From Verrucomicrobiaceae bacterium (GTDB lineage Bacteria; Verrucomicrobiota; Verrucomicrobiia; Verrucomicrobiales; V1-33), in the NCBI GenBank assembly GCA_027483175.1, contig JAIXVE010000042.1, positions 29 through 64,028 of the forward strand: a stretch of DNA of 64,000 bases. Reading direction: 5' to 3'. Each line of letters starts with the position of its first letter. Position 1 is the stretch's first letter. The notes beneath the pieces were generated by a model. It did not search any database, had not been told where the DNA came from, and saw only the letters and a program-made list of their open reading frames with translations. Position numbers and translations under genes: made by a program. Below are positions 28,303 through 36,433 of this stretch, one piece after another.

Positions 28303-29573
28303 GGGGCGCGGTGCCAGCGGGAGGCAGCGTGGGCTTCGGCGAGCTGGTAGATGGCTTCGAGGCGGAGGGTGATGCGGCTCCAGTCGTAGTGGGCGAGGGC
28401 TTCGGCGCGGCCGGCGTTGCCGAGGGAGGCGCGGAGGGTGGGGTTCTGGTGGAGGAGGGAGAGCTGGGCGGCGAGTTGTGAGGGAGCGTCGGGGTCGGAG
28501 GGGTTGAAGAAGAGCCCGGTTTCGCCGTCGCGGATGAGGGATTGGAGCCCGCCGATGCGGGAGGCGACGACTGGTTTGGCGGCGCACCATGCTTCGAGGA
28601 CGACGATGCCGAATGGTTCGTGTCGGGAGGCTAGGGTGAAGACATCGGCGGCGTGGTAGGCGTCGACGAGGGAATTGGAGTCGTTGCCGAGGCCCGGGAG
28701 GATGGTGACGGCGTGTGTGATGTTGTTAGAGCTAATGAAGTCGCGGAGCTGCTGAGCGTAGGCTGGCTGGGTTTCGGGGCCGATGATGAGGAGACGGGCG
28801 TTGGGGGCGGAGGGGAGGAAGCGGGAGAAGGCTTCGAGGAGCGTGAGCTGATTTTTCTGGGAGTCGATGCGGCCGATGGCGACGAGGAGGAAGGCGTCGG
28901 CGGGGATGTTGTGGGCGAGGCGGAAGGCGGGGCCGTTGCCGGAGGAGAAGCGAGCGGAGTCGACCCCGTTAGGGAGATAGGAGACGCGGTCGTGGGGGAG
29001 GGAAGCGCGGGCTTTTTCGGCTTCGCTGGCACCGACGCAGATGACGTGGTCGGCGTCGTCGAGGACCTTGCGGGCGCCGAGGAGAGCGCCGAAGACGCGG
29101 CCCCATTCGAATTTGCCTTCGATGGGTTTGGTGAGGTCGGAGAGTTCTGCGGCGGGGACGTCGAAGATGCCGCCGTGGAGGGAGACCACGTAGGGTTTGC
29201 GGCGGAGTCGGGCGGCGGTGCGGACGGTGCCGCCGAGGCGTTTGAGGGCGTGGGCGTGGAAGAGCCGGACGTCTGGCTGGCGGAGGAGGGCGCGGAGGAG
29301 TGATAGGGAGAGGAGATTGCCGCCTTTTTTGTCCATGGCGGCGCGGTCGGCGGGGGAGAGGCCGAAGAAAGGATAGGAGTGGGGGTAGCGGTGGACGGGG
29401 ATACCGGAGATGGATTCCTCGCGCTGGGAGGCGAGGGCCATGGAAGTGATGATGAGCGGGTGGAGGCCGGCGAGCTGCTGCTGGCGGGAGATTTCGAGGA
29501 TGACGGTTTCGGTGCCGCCCCATTCGTGGGCGACGAAGCGTCTGGGCACGTGGACGATGGTGCCTGAGGTCAT
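28299..29573 (-). CDS. Glycosyltransferase family 4 (GT-B)
   Basis: ...FHAHALKRLGG..., SRHEPFGIVVLEAWCAAKPVVASRIGGLQSLIRDGETGLFFNP (E-x7-E motif region). Confidence 0.85.
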   Translation of the reverse strand: MTSGTIVHVPRRFVAHEWGGTETVILEISRQQQLAGLHPLIITSMALASQREESISGIPVHRYPHSYPFFGLSPADRAAMDKKGGNLLSLSLLRALLRQPDVRLFHAHALKRLGGTVRTAARLRRKPYVVSLHGGIFDVPAAELSDLTKPIEGKFEWGRVFGALLGARKVLDDADHVICVGASEAEKARASLPHDRVSYLPNGVDSARFSSGNGPAFRLAHNIPADAFLLVAIGRIDSQKNQLTLLEAFSRFLPSAPNARLLIIGPETQPAYAQQLRDFISSNNITHAVTILPGLGNDSNSLVDAYHAADVFTLASRHEPFGIVVLEAWCAAKPVVASRIGGLQSLIRDGETGLFFNPSDPDAPSQLAAQLSLLHQNPTLRASLGNAGRAEALAHYDWSRITLRLEAIYQLAEAHAASRWHRAP

Positions 29574-30739
29574 GGTGAGGAGCGGGCGGCGGAGTGGAAC
29601 TGGACCTCACGTTCCATGAGTTTGTAGATGTGAGGAATGTGGGTGACGTCGTCGGGGACGTCGTTGTGGCTGGTGAAGAGCGTGGCGTAGCTCTGGGGGT
29701 CGGTGGGGTGGTAGCCGTGCATGGCGCGGATGGGTCGTTCGCCCATGTGGCTAGGGACGATGAGGACCCCTTCGCGGGCGAGCCAGATGAGTTCGCCGAA
29801 GGCCTGATCGTCGAACCATGCGCGGTAGTGGCGGAGTTCGGATTCCGGCATGATGCGGCCGTCGGGGACGGATTCGAGGACGGCGGTGATGCGTTCACGG
29901 ACGCCGGGTTTAAGGAACCAGAAGCGGGCCATGGTGGAGTCGTAGACGACGGCGTAGTCGACGCCCATGGTTAGGTTGAGGGCGTCGATTTTGGATCGGA
30001 GGTCGAGGTGGTGGTCGCAGTTGGCCATGCCGTGGTCGCTGAAGACGTGGAGACGGACCTCGCGGTAGTGCTGGCGTGCGGCGTCCATGACGGTGGTGAT
30101 CCAGGCGTTGTAGTGGTCGAGTTTTTTCGGGATTTCGGGGGAATCGTTACCGACCATGTGGAGGAGCCCGTCGAGGCCGGCCCAGTACTGGAAGGCGAAG
30201 TCGATGCGTTCCGAGTTGATGTCGGCGAGGAGCCTGCGGAGGTGTTCTTCTTCCGGGGTGGAGGGGTCGGTGACGAAGTAGGGGATTTTTTCTGATTCGA
30301 GGAGGTCGAAGATATTGGGGCCGCGGTTCATGCCGCCGGGTTTGAGCGGGCTTTTCTTTTCTGTGAAGTCGAAGAGGTGGATGTACCTGAAGGGGATGTT
30401 GTAGAGGTCGAAGTAGCCGCGGAATTTGAGCTGGACCTTGACGAATTTGGTTAGCCAGCGGCGGAAGATGCGGCGGCTGGTGACGGCGGAGGGGAGCCAG
30501 CGGAGCCAGCGGAGGTGGCGGAAAGGGGACTGGGGCGGGTTGTAGACGAAGTAGCACCAGTTGCGGTGTTCGTCTGGCCAGCGGCCGGAGAGGATGGAGG
30601 GGACGCAGGTGGAGCTGTAGCCGAAGACGCTTTCGAGGCGGCGGCGGTGCGGGGCGAGGGAGGAGAGGAACGGGTGGTTGCGGACGATTTCCCAGCCGCA
30701 GGCGTCGACCATGATGAAGAGGGAGAGACGGTCTTTCAT
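29570..30739 (-). CDS. Alkaline-phosphatase-superfamily enzyme (type I phosphodiesterase / nucleotide pyrophosphatase-like)
   Basis: Track ORF trimmed to ATG 30739 (ATGA overlap with the REC gene stop). LFIMVDACGWE (metal Asp), GYSSTCVPSILSGRWPDEH (nucleophile region) and HVFSDHGM. Confidence 0.7.
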   Translation of the reverse strand: MKDRLSLFIMVDACGWEIVRNHPFLSSLAPHRRRLESVFGYSSTCVPSILSGRWPDEHRNWCYFVYNPPQSPFRHLRWLRWLPSAVTSRRIFRRWLTKFVKVQLKFRGYFDLYNIPFRYIHLFDFTEKKSPLKPGGMNRGPNIFDLLESEKIPYFVTDPSTPEEEHLRRLLADINSERIDFAFQYWAGLDGLLHMVGNDSPEIPKKLDHYNAWITTVMDAARQHYREVRLHVFSDHGMANCDHHLDLRSKIDALNLTMGVDYAVVYDSTMARFWFLKPGVRERITAVLESVPDGRIMPESELRHYRAWFDDQAFGELIWLAREGVLIVPSHMGERPIRAMHGYHPTDPQSYATLFTSHNDVPDDVTHIPHIYKLMEREVQFHSAARSSP

Positions 30740-31107
30740 GGGTTTTGGGAAGTTAGGCGGGCGATGGCGGCGAGGAGTTCGGTGGGGCTGAAGGGTTTGG
30801 TGAGGAAGAGGGCGGCACCGGATTCTTCGGCCTGCTGGCGGGTGAGATTGTGGCCTCGGGCGGTGAGCATGATGACCGGGATGGAGGCGGTGGCGGGGTT
30901 GGATTTGAGGGCGCTGAGAGCGGCGAGCCCGTCCATGACTGGCATGATGATGTCGAGGATGACGACATCGGGGGTGGTGGCGGTGACGGCGGCGACGGCG
31001 GCGGCTCCGTCGGTGCAGGCGGTCCATGAGTGGCCGGCCTTGCGGAGCGTCATCTCGAGGAGGCGGAGCATGTGAGGGGCGTCTTCGGCGATGACGAGCG
31101 TGGCCAT
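30736..31107 (-). CDS. Stand-alone CheY-like response-regulator receiver
   Basis: 123 aa. VIAEDAP..., phospho-acceptor context DVVILDIIMPVMDG, MLTARG, FLTKPF. No output domain. Confidence 0.9.
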   Translation of the reverse strand: MATLVIAEDAPHMLRLLEMTLRKAGHSWTACTDGAAAVAAVTATTPDVVILDIIMPVMDGLAALSALKSNPATASIPVIMLTARGHNLTRQQAEESGAALFLTKPFSPTELLAAIARLTSQNP

Positions 31108-31139
31108 GGGAGTGGAGGGGATGGAGGCTGGGGTGGGGG

Positions 31140-32900
31140 TCAGTCGCAGGCGAGGACGAGGAACGTCTGGTCGTCGGCGAGGGCTGGGGCGTCTGGCGCG
31201 GAGGAGGAGGCGAGGCGTTTGAGGAGTTGTTCTCTGATGTCTGCGGCGGAGGGTTGGGAGCGGCAGATGTCAGCCATCCATGAGGAGACGTCTGAGGGTT
31301 CTGAGAAGGAAGGGCGGGAGTTGCGAGGGTCGGTGAGGCCGTCGGTGTAGGCGAGGATGCGGGTGCCCTTGGTGATGGGGATGCCGGTTTCGTCGAAGTC
31401 CGGGGAGCGGAGGATGCCGATGGGAGGGTGAGAGGGCATGACTTCGACGAGATTGCCTGAGGCGTCGGCGACGATGACTGGGCAGTGGCCGGCGTTGGCG
31501 ATGCGGATGAGGCGGCTGCGGTTGTCGACGAAGCCGACGGCGACGGTGACGAACATTTCGAGACGGTCGAAGTCGTCGTAGAGTTGAGAGGCGGCGCGGG
31601 CGACGGCGCGAGCGGGGGACTGGTGGAGCTCGTGCATGGAGCGGAAGACCGAGCGGGTGACGGCGGCCATCATGGAGGCGGCGACGCCTTTGCCCATGAC
31701 GTCTGCGATGACGAAGAAGAAGCCCATGTTGTTCCATGGGATGATGTCGTAGAAGTCGCCGCCGATGGTGAGGGCGCTTTCGCAGTGGCCGGCGGCGCTG
31801 ACGCCTGCGACGGGGGCCTGGGCGCGAGGTTCGAGGGATTTCTGGATCGTGGCGGCGAGTTCGAATTCGCGGCGGGCGACGGAGGCGGCGATGGCGGCTT
31901 CTGCGTGGCGTCTGCTGAGGGCTTCCTGGTTGAGGAATTCTGCGAAGGTGTGGACGATGGAGACTTCTCCGGCGTTGAGCGGGGTAGGAGAGGAGTAGCG
32001 GCCGAGGCTGATGAGGCCCATGAGTTCGTCACCGGAGTAGAATGGGTGGACGAGGCCAGCGAGGGCGGGGGAGTCTGGGGAGGAGGGGTGGGGATGTGGT
32101 GGATGTTCGATCCACTGATCCTGGCGGGAGAGGATGGCGGCGTTTTCGAGGTCTGGGGAGGAGACGGAAGCGCCGAGAGGGCAGCCGATGGAGGCGAGGG
32201 GTGTGAGTTCGGAGTTGGCGACGATGCTGAGGGTGCCGGTGTCCGAGCGGGTGACGGTGACGAGGTGGCGGAGGAGGCGTTCTGCGAATTCAGCGAGAGT
32301 GGAGGACTGGCGGGATTCAGCGGTGAAGTGGAAGATGGCGGAGAGGCTTTCGTAGCAGGAGGCGAGTTCTTCGGTCATGCCGTCGAGGGTGGCCTCGAGG
32401 GAGTGGGCGGGGTCTGGTGGAGGGGGGGTGGGAGGAGGTGTGGGAGGGGAGAAGGGACGTTCGAGAGTGAGGATATTTTCGTGAGGGAGGCGGAGGTAGG
32501 AGCGGTGGGAGGTGAGGGAGTGGATGAGGAAGAGGCCGCGGCCGGATTCGGCGTAATCGTCAGGGAGCTGGGGTGAGTCCGGCCATTCGAAGCCGTCGGT
32601 GTGGTCGTGGACGGCGACGGAGATTTTGTCAGGGAAGATGAAGGCCCTGACGTCCCATGAGCGAGGAGTTGCGGAGGGGCTGGCGTATTCGACGGCGTTG
32701 TTGCCTGCTTCGCTGATGAGGAGTTCCCATGTGGCGAGTTCCTGTTCGTCGGAGATGCCCTGGGAGGCGAGGAACGAGCGGAGGCCAGTGCCTGCCTCGC
32801 GGACGGCGTGGAGGTTACATGGGCCGTTCCAGAGCCATGCGATGCCGGTGGTGGACCGGGAGGAGCCTTGGGAGGCGTGCTGGGCTGGAGGGGGCGGCAT
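31140..32900 (-). CDS. Partner-switching enzyme: RsbW/SpoIIAB-type Ser kinase domain + GAF-like region + PP2C/SpoIIE phosphatase domain
   Basis: N-terminal ISEAGNNAVEYA (N-box) and ESGRGLFLIHSL (G2). The middle region is GAF-like. C-terminal GDFYDIIP, ADVMGKGVAASMMAA, IANAGHCP, LAYTDGLTD and DDQTFLVLACD are SpoIIE/PP2C motifs. Confidence 0.8.
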   Translation of the reverse strand: MPPPPAQHASQGSSRSTTGIAWLWNGPCNLHAVREAGTGLRSFLASQGISDEQELATWELLISEAGNNAVEYASPSATPRSWDVRAFIFPDKISVAVHDHTDGFEWPDSPQLPDDYAESGRGLFLIHSLTSHRSYLRLPHENILTLERPFSPPTPPPTPPPPDPAHSLEATLDGMTEELASCYESLSAIFHFTAESRQSSTLAEFAERLLRHLVTVTRSDTGTLSIVANSELTPLASIGCPLGASVSSPDLENAAILSRQDQWIEHPPHPHPSSPDSPALAGLVHPFYSGDELMGLISLGRYSSPTPLNAGEVSIVHTFAEFLNQEALSRRHAEAAIAASVARREFELAATIQKSLEPRAQAPVAGVSAAGHCESALTIGGDFYDIIPWNNMGFFFVIADVMGKGVAASMMAAVTRSVFRSMHELHQSPARAVARAASQLYDDFDRLEMFVTVAVGFVDNRSRLIRIANAGHCPVIVADASGNLVEVMPSHPPIGILRSPDFDETGIPITKGTRILAYTDGLTDPRNSRPSFSEPSDVSSWMADICRSQPSAADIREQLLKRLASSSAPDAPALADDQTFLVLACD

Positions 32901-32919
32901 GGGAAAGGCGGGGGCGGGG

Positions 32920-33219
32920 TCAGGCGACGATTTCGAAGATGCGGTGGAGGCGAGTGAGTTCGAGCACCTGCATGATGCCTGGGCGAGGGGAGAGGAGGCG
33001 GAAGAGACCCTGGCGTTCGTGGGCGAGTTTCTGGATGGAGATGAGAGCGCCGAGGCCGCTGGAGTCGAGGAATTCGAGGTCGGTGCAGTCGAAGTCGATG
33101 GCGGTGAGGCCTGGGGTGAAGCGGAGGCGGACCTGATTTTTGACCTCTGCGGCGGTGCCTGCGGTGAGTTCGCGGAGGCTGGAGATGGTGAGGATGGAGT
33201 TGGCGGTGGATGTTTTCAT
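32920..33219 (-). CDS. STAS-domain anti-sigma-factor antagonist-like protein (RsbV/SpoIIAA/SypA-like)
   Basis: 99 aa. DCTDLEFLDSSGLGALI carries the conserved phosphorylatable Ser context (DSSGLG). Confidence 0.85.
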   Translation of the reverse strand: MKTSTANSILTISSLRELTAGTAAEVKNQVRLRFTPGLTAIDFDCTDLEFLDSSGLGALISIQKLAHERQGLFRLLSPRPGIMQVLELTRLHRIFEIVA

Positions 33220-33247
33220 GTGTTATTAGGGGAGTTGGTGGGAAAAG

Positions 33248-34471
33248 TCAGGAGAGGAATCTGCGGAGACCGCGGCGGATGAGTTTCCAGCGCCATGCGG
33301 TGGAAGGTCTTGAGGCGAAGAGTGCGGCGTGGGCGCGGGCGGCGTCGTCCCATGGGGGTGAGCAGCCTTCTGCTTCCGGGGCGGTGAAGAGGGCTGGGGG
33401 AGTGTGGAGCCAGAGGGATTCGAATTCGCCGGTGAGGTTAGCGGCTTCCGTGGGAGTGAGTGGGGGGTTGCCGGTCCATGCGAAGTGGCCTGTGACGATG
33501 CGCCAGAGGGAGGGCCAGCGAGCGAAGCGCGGGCCGAGTGGCGGCATGGAGTGGTAGGTGATGGAGCGGTGGGGGCTGCCGGGGTCGGAGGGGAGCGCGG
33601 CGGCGTGCTGGACGAAGAGAGGTTTGCGGGAGAGGGCGGCGGCGATGGCAGCGGGGATGAGGATGGGGGAGGAGAGGATGAGGGTGAGGAGGGCGAGGGC
33701 GCGTGCGGGGAGAGAGGAGGCGGATTCGGCGGGGGGAGCGAGCGGGGAGAGGAGGAAGGCGTCGGTGAGTTTGGTGAGGGAGCTATTGGTCCAGTTGAGG
33801 AGAGAGGCGCCGGAGGCGATGGAGGTGTCGAGATGGGTCATGCTGCCGAGGTAGGTGCGGCAGTCGACGGTGGAGTTGGTGACGGAGGCGTCTGAGTCGA
33901 CGAGGGAGTCGGATTCGATGAAGGCGTTGGGGCCGATGGAGGCGCAGGCGCGGATGATGGAGTTGGGGCCGATCCAGCAGGGCGGGGAGAGTCTGGCGGA
34001 GGGGTCGACGCGTGCTTTGAGGCCTAGCCAGATGCCGTCGGCTGGTGAGTGGGCACCGATCTGGGTTGGTGCGAGGATGGGGAGGAGGGCGATGCGGGCG
34101 TGGTGCCATGAGGCGGCGTCCGGGAGGAGGGGGATGTGGGGTGCCTGGGGGAGGCAGGAGAGAGTGATGGTGGAGTCCGGGAGGAAGGCGGCGTGTTTTT
34201 CGGCGGCTGCGGCTGGGGAGAGTTCCGAGGGTTCGGGGATGAGTTCGATGTCGAGGCCCCATGCGGTGCCGCTGAGGAGGTAGGAGCGGATGTCTGAGGG
34301 GCGGTCGCTGGCGAGGATGCGGACGTGGGAGGCACCGGCGCGGGCGAGGCCATCGAGGGCGTGTTCGATGAGCGGTTTGCCCAGGAAAGTGGCTAGGGCG
34401 AGGGGGAGGCCGCCGGTGACGGCGTCGAGGGCGGGAGTGGGGTCTGGGCAGATGAGGAGGACGCGCTTCAT
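33248..34471 (-). CDS. Three-part protein: degenerate NTP-transferase-like N-terminus, hexapeptide-like middle, degenerate bacterial sugar-transferase (PGT)-like C-terminus
   Basis: N-terminal RVLLICPDPTPAL...FLGKPLIEHALDGLARAGASHVRIL (GxGTRL replaced). Middle IGPNSIIRACASIGPNAFIESDSLV. C-terminal TM plus ...RFARWPSLWRIVTGHFAWTGNPPLT, which parallels LDELPQL.NVL.G.MSLVGPRP but lacks the Asp-Glu dyad. Confidence 0.6.
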   Translation of the reverse strand: MKRVLLICPDPTPALDAVTGGLPLALATFLGKPLIEHALDGLARAGASHVRILASDRPSDIRSYLLSGTAWGLDIELIPEPSELSPAAAAEKHAAFLPDSTITLSCLPQAPHIPLLPDAASWHHARIALLPILAPTQIGAHSPADGIWLGLKARVDPSARLSPPCWIGPNSIIRACASIGPNAFIESDSLVDSDASVTNSTVDCRTYLGSMTHLDTSIASGASLLNWTNSSLTKLTDAFLLSPLAPPAESASSLPARALALLTLILSSPILIPAAIAAALSRKPLFVQHAAALPSDPGSPHRSITYHSMPPLGPRFARWPSLWRIVTGHFAWTGNPPLTPTEAANLTGEFESLWLHTPPALFTAPEAEGCSPPWDDAARAHAALFASRPSTAWRWKLIRRGLRRFLS

Positions 34472-34475
34472 GGGA

Positions 34476-35234
34476 TCAGACGCCGCCTTTGCCGAAGAGG
34501 ATAGCGGGGACGGTTTTGATGAGGATGAGGAGGTCTTTGAGGACGGACTGGCTTTCGATGTAGCGGACGTCGAGGGAGACCTGTTCCGGGAAGCCGATGG
34601 AGTTGCGGTCGCCGACTTCGAGGAGGCCGCCCTTGCGTTCGCCGATCTGCCAGAGGCAGGTGATGCCTGGGGTGATGAGGAGGCGGCGGCGGTCTTCCGG
34701 GGAGTAGAGGGCGACCTCGCGAGGGAGGGGTGGTCTTGGGCCGACGAGGGACATTTCGCCTTTGAGGACGTTGATCATCTGTGGGAGTTCGTCGATGGAG
34801 GACTTGCGGATGAAGCGGCCGATAGGAGTGATACGGGGATCGTTCTTCATTTTGAAGGTGACCCCGTCATTTTTCTCGTTGAGTGCGAGGAGTTCCTTGA
34901 GTTTGGCTTCTGCGTCGACGCACATGCTGCGGAATTTGAGCATGCCGAATTCTTTTCCGCGGAGGCCGACGCGGGTCTGGCGGAAGAAGACTGGGCCGCC
35001 GTCGCGGCGGATGAGGAGGGCGATGACGAGGAGGAGAGGGGAGAGGAGGACGAGGAGGAGAGCGGAGGCGGCGAGGTCGATGGCGCGTTTGACGAAGGAG
35101 GTGAAGGAGATGGTGAAGCGCCATGCGAGGCGTTTCCATGCGACGTAGAGGCGGAGGCGGAGCCTTCCTGAGGGGGAGGCAGCGGAGAGCATGCGGCGGG
35201 TGAGCCGTTCTGTCAGCTCGTCGTCGGTCAGCAT
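34476..35234 (-). CDS. Priming polyprenyl-phosphate sugar phosphotransferase (Bac_transf family, WbaP/EpsB-like)
   Basis: FVKRAIDLAASALLLVLLSPLLLVIALLIRRDGGPVFFRQTRVGLRGKEFGMLKFRSM...DPRITPIGRFIRKSSIDELPQMINVLKGEMSLVGPRP. Confidence 0.9.
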   Translation of the reverse strand: MLTDDELTERLTRRMLSAASPSGRLRLRLYVAWKRLAWRFTISFTSFVKRAIDLAASALLLVLLSPLLLVIALLIRRDGGPVFFRQTRVGLRGKEFGMLKFRSMCVDAEAKLKELLALNEKNDGVTFKMKNDPRITPIGRFIRKSSIDELPQMINVLKGEMSLVGPRPPLPREVALYSPEDRRRLLITPGITCLWQIGERKGGLLEVGDRNSIGFPEQVSLDVRYIESQSVLKDLLILIKTVPAILFGKGGV

Positions 35235-36433
35235 GGGGAGGCGGTGGGGTTTTTCTCTTTGGAGACGGTGGCGAAGAGGTTTTCGAGGCCTGAGAGGTAG
35301 CGTTCGAAGTCGTAGTTTCTGCTGACGAGATCGAGGCCGGCTTCGCCCATGGAGCGGGCGAGGGATTTGTCAGAGAGGAGCTGATCGATGCTGGAGGCGA
35401 AGGCCTGGGTGTCCATCCAAGGGACGAGGAAGCCGTTGTGGCCGTTGATGAGCCAGTCTTTGATGCCGCCGGCGTCGAAGGCGACGACGGGGAGGGCGTA
35501 GCGCATGACTTCGAGGCCGATGGTGGCGATGGGTTCCGGCCAGACTGAGCTGAGGGCGACGACGGAGCACTCGCGGTAGTAGGCTTTGAGTTCGTCCTGG
35601 GGGATGAAGCCTTTGAAGTGGACGCGGTTATCGAGGCCGAGTTCCTTGTTGAGGCGTTCGCATTCTGCTTTGTGGTTACCGTCGCCGAGGATGATGCATT
35701 CGAAGTCTGATTTGACGAGGGCGAGGGCGCGGAGGAGGACATCGACGCCTTTGCCGCGGATGATCTGTCCTGCGTAGAGGATGAGATTGCGGCTGGAGAA
35801 GGAAGAGCGGAGGTTAGGGTCGCCCGGGCGAGGGACTGGGGGGTGGATTTCGATGCGAGCGGGGTCGAAGCCGTTTTTGATGAGTTCGTCGCGCATGAAG
35901 GTGGTGACGACGCACATGCGGTTGAAGCGGTGATTGAGGGCGATTTCGCGTTTTTTCTCCGTGTAGCTGACCCATTTGAGAGGGAGGCCTGGGCCGTTGT
36001 TTTTGACGACGCAGGCGAGACAGCCGAAGACGCAGTAGAGGGAAGCGGCGCGGGTGCAGATCTGGCGGTTGAAGTAATTGTATTTGTAGCTGCGCATGCA
36101 GTAGATGTCATGGTCGTGGACCATGCGGACGAGCGGGGTACCGGAGTCGAGGAGAGCGGAGATGACGTCGAGGTCCGGCATTTTGTGGACGAAGACGGCG
36201 TCTGGCTGGAAGGAGTCGAGGGCGAGGCGGACGGAGGAGGCTGGATTGGATGGGGAGATGGGGAAGCGGTGAGGGAAGATGGCTTGCCATGCGTCTTCGT
36301 TTTTGCCCGTGCCTGGGCCGTGGAGGATGGCGACGGAGAGCCCGCGTCTGGCTAGTTCGGAGGCGACGATGGAGACGTTAGCCTCTGCGCCGGCGAGGGC
36401 GCCGAAGCGTTCGTGGACGTAGAGGATCTTCAT
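35228..36433 (-). CDS. Glycosyltransferase family 4 (GT-B)
   Basis: [20 protein letters not shown]...; ...[43 protein letters not shown]. The start overlaps the kinase stop (ATGA). Confidence 0.85.
   Translation of the reverse strand: MKILYVHERFGALAGAEANVSIVASELARRGLSVAILHGPGTGKNEDAWQAIFPHRFPISPSNPASSVRLALDSFQPDAVFVHKMPDLDVISALLDSGTPLVRMVHDHDIYCMRSYKYNYFNRQICTRAASLYCVFGCLACVVKNNGPGLPLKWVSYTEKKREIALNHRFNRMCVVTTFMRDELIKNGFDPARIEIHPPVPRPGDPNLRSSFSSRNLILYAGQIIRGKGVDVLLRALALVKSDFECIILGDGNHKAECERLNKELGLDNRVHFKGFIPQDELKAYYRECSVVALSSVWPEPIATIGLEVMRYALPVVAFDAGGIKDWLINGHNGFLVPWMDTQAFASSIDQLLSDKSLARSMGEAGLDLVSRNYDFERYLSGLENLFATVSKEKNPTASPC

Noticed and set aside
26725-28590. N-terminal extensions of track ORFs (26725..28590, 29570..31027, 42377..43567, 52035..53861, 53447..55042, 56416..59280, 12415..13008, 18050..18427)
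   Set aside because: The extensions are Arg/Pro-rich, overlap the upstream gene, and precede an internal Met. That Met either makes an ATGA overlap with the upstream stop or begins a signal peptide or conserved N-terminus. Starts were trimmed accordingly.
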